The position numbers were made by a program, and so were the translations under genes. Below, one piece after another: positions 35,650 to 44,577 of a DNA stretch of 64,000 nucleotides; positions within the stretch are counted from its first letter, which is position 1, and every line of letters begins with the position of its first letter. Below the pieces are notes generated by a model. It was not told where the DNA came from. It ran no database searches and saw only the letters and a program-made list of their open reading frames with translations. This DNA comes from Gemmatimonadota bacterium (GTDB taxonomy: Bacteria > Gemmatimonadota > Gemmatimonadetes > Gemmatimonadales > GWC2-71-9). The DNA lies in the NCBI GenBank assembly GCA_039586365.1, contig JBDHKN010000013.1, positions 1 through 64,000 on the forward strand. Direction: 5' to 3'.

Positions 35650-37374
35650 ATGTTCAAAGATCTGATGTGGATCTGCGTCTTGTCCCTTTGTGCCTGCGGG
35701 CCGGTCTCGGAAGTGGGATCCGGTGCTTGGGTGGAGCGGACGATGTCCGGGATGACGCTCGAGCAGAAGGTCGGTCAGCTGATCTGTCCGGACATCACGG
35801 CCGACTACGTAGCTCTGGACGATCCTCGGATGCAAAGATGGTTGCAGCTGGCAGGCGAGCACGGCGTCGGCATGTTCGTCCTGTACGGTGGCACACCCCG
35901 AGACGTCGCGCAGCTGGTGAATCGGCTGCAGCGCGAGGCAGAGATCCCCATCCTCATTGCCGCCGACTTCGAGGGCGGTCCCGGCCAGCAGGTCAGGGGA
36001 GCGACGGAGTACCCGGCCAACATGGCGTTCGCGGCGGTCGGGTCGGAAGATCTCGTGTACCGGGCGGCGGCAGCGGCGGCATTGGAGGGGAGGGCCATGG
36101 GGATCCACCTCACCTACACTCCAGTAGTCGACATATCGCTGCGGCCCGACAACCCGGCAGAGAGTGTTCGTTCCTTCGGGGGCGATATCGACCTGCTCGG
36201 CCGGCTGGTGCAGTCCTATGTAAGGGGGTACCACGACAACGGGATGCTCAGTTCGGCCAAACACTTCCCGGGACGTGGCGATGTCGAACTGATGCCTGAC
36301 AATGCCCCGTGGGCGTGGAACAACAAGGCGGCGGAGGCCGTCGCGACCCAGGACTTCGCGGCGTTCAAGCACGCGATCGATGCGGGCGTCGATCTTGTGA
36401 TGAGCGAGCACATTGCGGTGCCCGCGGTGACTGATGGATCGGACCTGCCGGCCAGTGTCGAACGGAAACTCGCGACGGGATGGTTGCGTGACAGCTTGGG
36501 GTTCGAGGGGATATTGACGACCGACGACCTGTGGTACGATCACGTAGTGGCGCGGTTCGGCGCTGAGGAAGTGACGCTCCGGGCCTTCGAGGCTGGGCAC
36601 GACATCATCTTGAAGCCCAAGGATCCCGTCGCGACTATCGCAGCTCTCGTAGCCGCAGTCCGAGCCGGTCGGATCTCCGAAGAGCGAATCGACCAGGCAG
36701 TGCGCAAGCTCCTCAGTCTGAAGGCTCGACTGGGGCTGCACAACCAGCGGTTGGTGGACGAATCGCTGGTCGACGAGTTCGTCGGCACGCCGGACCATCT
36801 GGCGATCGCACAGGAGGTGGCTGACCGGTCGCTCACGCTCCTGAAGGATGAAGGAGTACTGCCTGTTGCGGCGAGCAGGCTTGTGCGGGCGGTGAACATC
36901 AGCGTTCAAAAGAACGAGAGCGATCCCTCGCCTCCGGTCCTCCACGCAAAGCTGGCCGCCGCTTTCCCGGGCATCGAGAACTTCACGCTACGTCCCGATC
37001 TGCATGCGGCAGTTTACGACGATGCCTGGCAGGCGGTCGGCGCCGCCGACCTCGTCATCCTGTCGCTGTTTGTTCAGCGCGACAAGTTCGGCGCAGCCAC
37101 ACCCATCAGAGAGAGCGACCTCAGCTTGCTCAAGCGAGTGATTCGCGCGAAGCCCGGGGAGGTCGTGGCGATGTCCTATGGGAATCCCCACCTCATACGG
37201 GCGATACCAGATGTGGCCGCGTTCCTGGTGGGCTACGGTGAGCGCGGTTGGTTCGGAAACCAGGAGGTCTATTTCGATTCGTTCATCAAAGCGCTCACCG
37301 GTGAACTGATTCCCGTGGCTCAACTCCCGGTGACGGTAAGCGATCGCTACCCGATGGGAAGCGGTGGGCTCTGA
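35650..37374 (+). CDS. GH3 glycosidase lipoprotein, NagZ-like but with an atypical catalytic loop
   Basis: MTLEQKVGQL, ADFEGG, RSFG, KHFPGRG, LGFEGILTTD and a GH3_C-like tail (SYGNP). Confidence 0.85.
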   Translation: MFKDLMWICVLSLCACGPVSEVGSGAWVERTMSGMTLEQKVGQLICPDITADYVALDDPRMQRWLQLAGEHGVGMFVLYGGTPRDVAQLVNRLQREAEIPILIAADFEGGPGQQVRGATEYPANMAFAAVGSEDLVYRAAAAAALEGRAMGIHLTYTPVVDISLRPDNPAESVRSFGGDIDLLGRLVQSYVRGYHDNGMLSSAKHFPGRGDVELMPDNAPWAWNNKAAEAVATQDFAAFKHAIDAGVDLVMSEHIAVPAVTDGSDLPASVERKLATGWLRDSLGFEGILTTDDLWYDHVVARFGAEEVTLRAFEAGHDIILKPKDPVATIAALVAAVRAGRISEERIDQAVRKLLSLKARLGLHNQRLVDESLVDEFVGTPDHLAIAQEVADRSLTLLKDEGVLPVAASRLVRAVNISVQKNESDPSPPVLHAKLAAAFPGIENFTLRPDLHAAVYDDAWQAVGAADLVILSLFVQRDKFGAATPIRESDLSLLKRVIRAKPGEVVAMSYGNPHLIRAIPDVAAFLVGYGERGWFGNQEVYFDSFIKALTGELIPVAQLPVTVSDRYPMGSGGL

Positions 37375-37381
37375 AGTGAGT

Positions 37382-37528
37382 GATGCCGAGTTGGTTTGTC
37401 GCCGTCGAGACGCCGAGGTCGCGGGCGCCCCGGCCGCGTGGGTCGTGAGATGGTTGGAACGTCAATCGCCGGCGGTCCGAGGCGCCCGCCGACCGAGCGT
37501 GTCTCAGGCGCCAAACCAACTCGGCATC
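37382..37528. repeat. 147-bp imperfect palindrome with perfect 17-bp terminal inverted repeats
   Basis: GATGCCGAGTTGGTTTG (37382-37398) / CAAACCAACTCGGCATC (37512-37528), with nested pairs CGCC/GGCG, GAGAC/GTCTC, GGTCG/CGACC, CGGGCGCC/GGCGCCCG. Confidence 0.85.
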
Positions 37529-37704
37529 GTGTCTCTCAAGTGCCGGACTAGCTCGGCACGACATCTCTTGGGCCAGACCAACCCGAAATCGCATATCGCC
37601 GGCGCCACGCTGGCTGGTGACTCGGTCGGACATATGCGCCGGCACATTTGACCGACCTCCCACCGGGTTGAATATTCTCTCCCTGCCCGACAAGGAGGTC
37701 CTCC

Positions 37705-38694
37705 GTGGCTGACAACACCATCAACCGTCGTCACTTCATCGGCACATGCCTGGCCACTGCAGCCGGTATCGGGAGTCTGAGCTGCGAGAGGAACGTGCCT
37801 GGGCAACCGCCGGGGTATGACGCCAAGGGATTGCCGACCCGCATCCTGGGGAAGACGGGTGTTTCCGTTCCCTTGATCGTGATAGGCGGCGGATCCCGCT
37901 TCTGCACTGTCCAAGATCCGGAAGAGAGCGCTGCGATTCTCGAACACGCGCTGAACAGCGGACTCTACTACTGGGACACGGCTCATGACTATGCGTATGA
38001 GGATGTGATCAGTGAGGAGCGTTACGGTCTCGTTCTCAAGGACCGTCGCGACGAAGTCTTCTTGTCAACCAAGGTCGCTGACCGAACCTACGACGGTGCC
38101 ATGTGGCATCTGGACGAGAGCCTGCAGCGCCTCCAGACCGACCACCTCGATCTCTATCAGATTCACAATGTCCAGTCGCTCGATGATGTCCAGAGCATCG
38201 GTGCCGCGAGCGGAGTGCTCGACGCGCTGCAAGAACTCAAAGAGGAAGGAGTGACGCGCTTCATTGGCTACACCGGACACAGCTCGGCTGAGGCTCTGGC
38301 GGAGATGGCCCGGCGATACGACTTCGACACGATGCTCTGCGCGCTCAATCACTATTTACCGGGTCAGGAAGATCGTGAGGGTCGGGCGATTCCCGAGGCC
38401 GCGAGCAAGAACATGGGCATCTTGGTCATGAAAGCCATCAGACCAAGCGAAACGGTCGAGAGCGTGACACCTCAGGAGCTTCTGCGCTACGCGCTCAGCC
38501 TCGAGCACGTAACGGCCGCGGTCGTCGGGACAGATAGCCTCGATGTTCTGACGCAGAATATCGAGCTGGTGGGGGACTTCGAGGAACTGAGCCCTGGGGA
38601 GATGGAGAGGATAGCCGGTACCCTCGAGCCCTTCTTTACCAACGGCCAGCTTGCCTGGATGCGGCCGGGCTACACGGACGGAATCCGGGCGTGA
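37705..38694 (+). CDS. Aldo/keto reductase with twin-arginine-like N-terminus
   Basis: AGGAGG before GTG; INRRHFIG; RILGKTG, WDTAHDY, FLSTK, SLQRLQTDHLDLYQIH. Confidence 0.9.
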   Translation: MADNTINRRHFIGTCLATAAGIGSLSCERNVPGQPPGYDAKGLPTRILGKTGVSVPLIVIGGGSRFCTVQDPEESAAILEHALNSGLYYWDTAHDYAYEDVISEERYGLVLKDRRDEVFLSTKVADRTYDGAMWHLDESLQRLQTDHLDLYQIHNVQSLDDVQSIGAASGVLDALQELKEEGVTRFIGYTGHSSAEALAEMARRYDFDTMLCALNHYLPGQEDREGRAIPEAASKNMGILVMKAIRPSETVESVTPQELLRYALSLEHVTAAVVGTDSLDVLTQNIELVGDFEELSPGEMERIAGTLEPFFTNGQLAWMRPGYTDGIRA

Positions 38695-38885
38695 CGACAG
38701 TCAGCACGTTGCGGATCGCGTGCGCTCCGATCACGTCGCGACTCAGCTGTTGCTCCTTGTCATGCTGGTGGCTGCGTGCAAAGGCGGCGGTGGGAACGGG
38801 ATGCCTGACAGAAGGCCTCAGCCTCTGCGGGACGCGCATTGAGCAGCGACCACTGATCCCGTACTAAGTCGAAAGGTCGAGTTAC

Positions 38886-39575
38886 ATGTTTCTGGGTCAT
38901 GTAGGTGTGGCACTTGCAGCGAAGCGCCCAGCCCCGGAGGTCTCTCTGGGCGGCTTGATGGTAGCAGCCAACTGGCTGGATCTGATCTGGCCCTTGTTCC
39001 TTTTGCTGGGTTGGGAGCAGCTTCGGATCGATCCGGGGAACACCGCGCTCACACCTCTCGAATTCACGTACTACCCTTGGACTCACGGCCTGTTGATCGT
39101 CATTGGCTGGGCCATGCTGCTCGGGATTCCCGTGGGTTGGCGATACCGGTCGTTGCGTGTCGGCAGCCTGATCGGAGCGCTGGTTGCGAGTCACTGGATT
39201 CTCGACTGGATCGTGCATCGACCCGATCTGCCACTCTTGCCTGGCGCCTCCCCCCTGTACGGCCTGGGGCTCTGGAACTCCATCCCGCTGTCGCTCACCG
39301 TGGAAGCCGCGTTCTTCTTGGGAGGCGTTGCAGTGTATGTGAACGCGACCCGTCCCAGCGACCGGTGGGGAGTCTGGGGCTTCTGGAGCATGATCGCTCT
39401 CTACTCCGTGATCTACCTTGCCAATACGTTCGGACCTCCCCCGCCCTCGGCAGACTCCGTGGCATGGGTCGGTCTCCTTGCTTGGCTGTTTCCAATCTGG
39501 GCGTGGTGGGCCGACTCACATCGAGGGTTGGTTTCACCGCGACACACGAAACTGGAGGAGGTCACGCTAGGCTAA
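38886..39575 (+). CDS. Membrane protein, putative metal-dependent hydrolase (YdjM-like)
   Basis: MFLGH, WLD, PWTHGL, SHWILDWIVHRPDLPL; multiple TM helices. Confidence 0.75.
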   Translation: MFLGHVGVALAAKRPAPEVSLGGLMVAANWLDLIWPLFLLLGWEQLRIDPGNTALTPLEFTYYPWTHGLLIVIGWAMLLGIPVGWRYRSLRVGSLIGALVASHWILDWIVHRPDLPLLPGASPLYGLGLWNSIPLSLTVEAAFFLGGVAVYVNATRPSDRWGVWGFWSMIALYSVIYLANTFGPPPPSADSVAWVGLLAWLFPIWAWWADSHRGLVSPRHTKLEEVTLG

Positions 39576-39717
39576 CCTGCTGCGTCCCAGCTGCGGCTGG
39601 TTGGACCACATTCGTGAGTGATGTTGTTTTCGCGCCGTCGACTATCTCACTGTTGACCACCTGGCGGCGTCACGCCATCTGCAACACAATATGAGGGCCA
39701 CTGCGGAGGGCCGGGAC

Positions 39718-40827
39718 ATGACGCTTCACGACAGGGTAGCGGACCTGTTGGCGCGGGCCGATGTCACTATTGATGGTGACCGCCCGTGGGACATCCAGGT
39801 CCACGACGAGCGGCTCTACGCGCGGGTGCTGGCACAAGGGTCGTTGGGCGTAGGCGAGTCATACATGGACGGCTGGTGGGATTCGGAGCAGCTCGACGAG
39901 TTCATCGCGCGGGTCCTCCGCGCCGACCTCAAGCAGGCCGTCACACCGTGGAAGGACGCGCTCCGCGTACTCGCTGCGCGTCTGGTCAATCTCCAGCGTC
40001 CTGCGCGCGCGTTCCGCGTCGGGCGATACCACTACGACATCGGGAACGACTTGTTTCGCCGCATGCTCGACCGGCGCATGATCTACAGTTGCGCCTACTG
40101 GAAGGACGCGAGCACGCTGGACGACGCGCAGGAGGCCAAGCTCGACCTGGTGTGCCGCAAGCTCGAGCTGGAGCCGGGCATGCGGGTGCTGGACATCGGG
40201 TGTGGCTGGGGCGGGACGGCGCAGTTTGCCGCAGAGCGTTACGGGGTCTCGGTGCTCGGAATCTCGGTCTCCGAGAACCAGGCGACGTACGCCCGAGAGC
40301 TGTGCCGGGGGCTCGACGTCGAGATCCGGCTCGTGGACTACCGGCGTCTCCAAGGGACGTTCGATCGTGTCCTTTCCTTGGGCATGTTCGAGCACGTGGG
40401 CTGCAAGAACTACGACCGGTTCATGCGGGTGGTTAGTGGGCTGCTCGCCGACGATGGGCTGTTTCTGCTACACACCATTGGCAGCACGCAGAGCGTGGCT
40501 AGGGCCGAGCCGTGGACCGAGCGATACATCTTCCCCAACTCCATGCTGCCGTCCGCTGCCCAGATCAGTAAGGCCATCGAACGGAAGTTCGTGCTCGAGG
40601 ATTGGCATAGCTTCGGGGCGGACTATGATACGACGCTCATGCACTGGTACCGCAATGTCGAAGAGCACTGGCCAGAGCTGCAAGACCAATATGACGAGCG
40701 GTTCCACCGCATGTGGCGGTTCTTCCTGCTCTCTAGCGCCGGAGGGTTCCGGGCTCGCAAGAGCCAGCTGTGGCAGATCGTGCTTTCCCCCCGTGGGGTG
40801 CCGGGAGGGTATCGGGCGCCGCGGTGA
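39718..40827 (+). CDS. cfa: Cyclopropane-fatty-acyl-phospholipid synthase
   Basis: GESYMDGWW, HYDIGNDLF, YSCAYW, AQEAKL, LDIGCGWG, GMFEHVG, YIFPNS, QLWQIV. Confidence 0.95.
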   Translation: MTLHDRVADLLARADVTIDGDRPWDIQVHDERLYARVLAQGSLGVGESYMDGWWDSEQLDEFIARVLRADLKQAVTPWKDALRVLAARLVNLQRPARAFRVGRYHYDIGNDLFRRMLDRRMIYSCAYWKDASTLDDAQEAKLDLVCRKLELEPGMRVLDIGCGWGGTAQFAAERYGVSVLGISVSENQATYARELCRGLDVEIRLVDYRRLQGTFDRVLSLGMFEHVGCKNYDRFMRVVSGLLADDGLFLLHTIGSTQSVARAEPWTERYIFPNSMLPSAAQISKAIERKFVLEDWHSFGADYDTTLMHWYRNVEEHWPELQDQYDERFHRMWRFFLLSSAGGFRARKSQLWQIVLSPRGVPGGYRAPR

Positions 40828-40917
40828 GGCCAGCAGGACGAGAAGCTGTTAGACTGTTGTCACCGGCCTTTGGCCCAGGCTAATGTCCAATTGCAGAATC
40901 AGCGGAGCGAGGCAGCT

Positions 40918-43059
40918 ATGAAATATCGCGGTGTGATTTGTGCCGTGTTGTCGGCCGTTGTTGTGGCACTCGGCGCTGGCTCCGGCCATGCTCAGGCAGT
41001 AGCAGACACGATACACTCCGGCCAATTCGACTACGGCAAGATGTGGACGTTCGAGTACGCGCCGGCCGAGTACTTCACGGAGACGTACGGTTTCGCTGCC
41101 GACCCTGCTTGGTTCGAGCGGGCGCGACTCTCGGCACTCAGGATTCCCGGCTGCTCGGCATCGTTCGTATCGCCCAACGGTCTGCTTGCCACCAACCACC
41201 ACTGCGTGCGCAGTGCGGTGTCGCGCGTGACACGACCCGGTGAGACGCTGCTCGACAGTGGTTTCTACGCCGCCTCGCTCGAGGAGGAGCGGCGGATTCC
41301 CGGGTACTATGCCGACCAGTTGATCGCCATCGAAGATGTGAGCGACGAGGTGTTCGCCGCAGTGGACCGTGCAGCAGGAGCCGCAAGAGAACAGGAACGC
41401 GAGGCTGTGTTCGAGCGCGTCCAATCACGCTTGAAGGCCGCGCACACGGCGGAAGGCGACTCGGTCAGGGTCCAGATCATTTCGCTGTATCACGGCGGGC
41501 GCTATTCGGCCTATGTGTTCCGCCGCTTCACCGATGTCCGGATGGTATTCGCCGTAGAGCTGCAGGCGGGCTTCTTCGGGGGTGACCCGGACAACTTCAC
41601 CTACCCACGCTATGCGCTGGATTTCGCCTTCCTCCGGGCTTACGACAACGACGGCAATCCCCATCAGACGGAGCACTATTTCGGCTGGGGTGAAGACGGG
41701 GTGGAGCAGGGCGATGTCGTGTTCGTGATCGGGAACCCGGGTCCCACCAGCCGTCTCAACACTATCGCGCAGCTGGAGTTCCAGCGCGATGTGTCGGTGC
41801 GGGCACAGGTCACGTACCTCGCTGCGCGGCTTACTGCAATGCGCGAGTTCGCAGCGGAGTACCCGACGGTTGCCGAGGAGATCGGACTCAGGAACCGGTC
41901 GTTCAGTCTGTCCAATTCCCTCAAGGCGAACACCGGACGACTCGAGGCTCTCGAGGACCCGGATATCCTGGCGCGGAAGGCCGACGCCGAACGCCAATTG
42001 CGGGAGGCGATCGCGGTACGCACCGATCTCAGCGCCACCTACGGCGCAGTGCTGGATCGGATCGCGGCGCTTCAGGAGCAGAAGCGGGAAGTCGCCGCTG
42101 CCTACGGAGCCTTCCTGTCTTTGGCGAACAACAGTGCGGGCTCGCGGATCATCCGCCGGGCACTCACCGCGCAAGACTACCTGGCGGCCGGTCCGGGAGA
42201 GGGGGAGGTGGTGCGCGACACGTTGCTTGCGATAGACGACCATCCGGCAGAGCTCGAGCACCGGTTGCTGACAGCGCGGTTCGCCGACTTCGAGCGGTAC
42301 TACGGAGCCGCTCACGAGATCACTCGAGCTGCGCTCCACGGTCTCAGTCCGGCCGAGGCGGCCAGCGATCTCATGCGATCTTCGGCCTTGGCTGATGCAG
42401 ACCGAACCCGGGCGGCCGTCGAGGCCGGCACTCTCGGCCGGGACGATCCCGCGATCCGCCTAGTAGCTGCGCTGCTGCCCCACTACGATGACTACCGGCG
42501 GCAGTTCCTCGGTGCCTTGAGCCAGGAGCGTGAGCTGGCCAGCGACCTCGGCAGGGCACGCTTCGCCGTGTACGGGCGCGACGTGCCACCGGATGCGACG
42601 TCCTCACCCCGCATCACGGACGGGGTTGTATTGCCCTACGAATACAACGGCACCCTGGCGCCGCCCTACACCACGTTCTTCGGTATGTACGACCGGTACT
42701 ACTCGCACGAGCAGGCGCTGGACTGGGAACTGCCAGGTCGGTGGCAGACGCCGCCCGCCGGATTCGATCTCGGGACGCCGCTCAACTTCGTGTCGACGGC
42801 TGACACCTATGGTGGCAACTCGGGTTCCCCTGCGGTAACACCCGAGCTCCGGCTGGTAGGTCTCAACTTCGACCGCAACATCGACGGCCTATCGCGCGAC
42901 TTCATCTACCTGCCCGAGCGCGGTCGCAACATCATGGTCGATGCCAGAGCGATCTATGCTTCGCTCGACGTGGTGTACGACGCCCAGCGGATAGTGGGAG
43001 AGATCACAACGGGCCGCTTGTTCCGTACCGAGGAGGAAGCCGCCGCGGTAAGACGGTAA
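40918..43059 (+). CDS. Peptidase S46 dipeptidyl-peptidase (DPP7/DPP11 family)
   Basis: Signal peptide; GKMW, CSASFVSPNGL..TNHHC, FGGDPDNF.YPR..DFAFLR, PDAT, GGNSGSP, NFDRN. Confidence 0.93.
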   Translation: MKYRGVICAVLSAVVVALGAGSGHAQAVADTIHSGQFDYGKMWTFEYAPAEYFTETYGFAADPAWFERARLSALRIPGCSASFVSPNGLLATNHHCVRSAVSRVTRPGETLLDSGFYAASLEEERRIPGYYADQLIAIEDVSDEVFAAVDRAAGAAREQEREAVFERVQSRLKAAHTAEGDSVRVQIISLYHGGRYSAYVFRRFTDVRMVFAVELQAGFFGGDPDNFTYPRYALDFAFLRAYDNDGNPHQTEHYFGWGEDGVEQGDVVFVIGNPGPTSRLNTIAQLEFQRDVSVRAQVTYLAARLTAMREFAAEYPTVAEEIGLRNRSFSLSNSLKANTGRLEALEDPDILARKADAERQLREAIAVRTDLSATYGAVLDRIAALQEQKREVAAAYGAFLSLANNSAGSRIIRRALTAQDYLAAGPGEGEVVRDTLLAIDDHPAELEHRLLTARFADFERYYGAAHEITRAALHGLSPAEAASDLMRSSALADADRTRAAVEAGTLGRDDPAIRLVAALLPHYDDYRRQFLGALSQERELASDLGRARFAVYGRDVPPDATSSPRITDGVVLPYEYNGTLAPPYTTFFGMYDRYYSHEQALDWELPGRWQTPPAGFDLGTPLNFVSTADTYGGNSGSPAVTPELRLVGLNFDRNIDGLSRDFIYLPERGRNIMVDARAIYASLDVVYDAQRIVGEITTGRLFRTEEEAAAVRR

Positions 43060-43079
43060 TCGTCGCTGGGGCCGGGCGA

Positions 43080-43115
43080 GAAAAGGGGGCTCACGACTGG
43101 GGAACCCCCCTTTTC
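43080..43115. terminator. Probable bidirectional intrinsic terminator between convergent genes
   Basis: GAAAAGGGGG (43080-43089) / CCCCCTTTTC (43106-43115), followed by CTTTT. Confidence 0.65.
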
Positions 43116-43219
43116 CTTTTGCCCTGGCTCAGAACGCGATCACCTACCGAGGACCTTGCAGCATATCGCTGCACAGCACCGTATCGCCCGCCGTGTGCGC
43201 TAGCCGTGAACGTCCTCCA

Positions 43220-44452
43220 TCAGGGATCCCGCCGCTCGTTCCAGCCGCGGTACATGCGGACGGCAAACTCCTCCATGATGCCCGCCGGCGCTCGGCCCGC
43301 GCGTAGCTCAGCCGTCATATAGCGCATGGCGGGCCCGATGTGCTTGAAGAACGCGCGGTACCCTTCGCACAGGTAATTGAGGCCCGGTTCGCCGTCGGGT
43401 GTGGAAAGGAATCGGTTCTTGGGGCAGCCGCCGTTACACACGAAACGAACCTCGCAGGCTCGACAATAGCGCGGCAGGTCGTCACGCTTGGAGGAACCGA
43501 ACCGCTGCTGCGAGGGTGACGCGACCAGTTCGACCAGCGGTTGTTCCAGTACGTTCCCGAGCCTATGGCTCGGCTGCACGTAATGGTCGCAGCTGTACAA
43601 GTCGCCGTTGTGCTCCAGCGCGAGGGCTCCACCGCAAGTCTCTGCGTGGATACAGAGTCCCGGCCGCTGGCCCACCCACGCGGCCAGTGCGACGTCAAAC
43701 AGCTGCACGAATACCCGTCCCACATCGCAGTGTACCCATTCGTCGAAGACCGCTATCAAGAACTGGCCGTACTCACGTCCGTCTACCGACCGGGCGGTGG
43801 CACTGTCGCCCTCCTGAAATCCCGTCTCGTTATCGCGTTCGACGATGGGGATGAACTGCACAAACCGAGTACCCACGTCGTCTCGCACGAACCGGTACAC
43901 CTCGAGCGGATGCTTCACGTTCGCAGCGTGCACGGTGGTTAGGACGTTGTACTCGACTTCGTGAAGCTGCAACAGCTCCAATCCTGCCATTACTCTATCG
44001 AACGTGGGGCTACCTCCCTTGTCCCGGCGATACACGTCGTGCAGCTGTGCGGGACCGTCGATGCTGATTCCAACCAGGAAGCCGTTTTCCTTCAGGAAAC
44101 GGCACCAATCGTCATCGAGATGCATCCCGTTGGTCTGCATCGTGTTCAATACGCGCATTCCTGCCGGTGCGTACTTGCTCTGCAGCTTCACCGCCCGCTC
44201 GAAGAACTCGATCCCCATGAGGGTTGGCTCGCCCCCTTGCCAGCCGAAGGTCACCTCTGGGACCGGCTGTGAGGTTGGGTACTGTTCTGTGACGGCTGCG
44301 AGGATCTCTTCGCTCATACGAAACGACGAGCCGGGGTAGAGCCGCTCCTTCGACAGGTAGTAGCAATAGGAGCAGTCGAGGTCGCAGATCGGGCCCCGCG
44401 GCTTCAGCATGATGTGGTAGCCCTGTGTGAGGGCGGAGCTCGCTTGTGTCAC
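43220..44452 (-). CDS. Anaerobic sulfatase maturase (radical SAM/SPASM, anSME; AslB/AtsB/ChuR family)
   Basis: KPRGPICDLDCSYCYY, WQGGEPTL, QTNG, SIDGP; SPASM CIHAETC, YSCDH, CRAC...CNGGCPK.R, NYLC. Confidence 0.95.
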   Translation of the reverse strand: MTQASSALTQGYHIMLKPRGPICDLDCSYCYYLSKERLYPGSSFRMSEEILAAVTEQYPTSQPVPEVTFGWQGGEPTLMGIEFFERAVKLQSKYAPAGMRVLNTMQTNGMHLDDDWCRFLKENGFLVGISIDGPAQLHDVYRRDKGGSPTFDRVMAGLELLQLHEVEYNVLTTVHAANVKHPLEVYRFVRDDVGTRFVQFIPIVERDNETGFQEGDSATARSVDGREYGQFLIAVFDEWVHCDVGRVFVQLFDVALAAWVGQRPGLCIHAETCGGALALEHNGDLYSCDHYVQPSHRLGNVLEQPLVELVASPSQQRFGSSKRDDLPRYCRACEVRFVCNGGCPKNRFLSTPDGEPGLNYLCEGYRAFFKHIGPAMRYMTAELRAGRAPAGIMEEFAVRMYRGWNERRDP

Positions 44453-44577
44453 GCAGACCTGTTCCCCTGTGCTGTGGTCCGTGGCAGTTCCACCCGGTGG
44501 CTCGCCAACCCTGGCCGCGGTCGAAACGGTCCCGTAGAATGGTGTGGAATCCGCCTATCCACCAGGGAGAATGGAAG

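Noticed and set aside
43220..44452. Radical SAM/SPASM RiPP maturase
   Set aside because: Motifs and the adjacent CxPxR sulfatases fit anSME; no precursor peptide or RRE domain seen.
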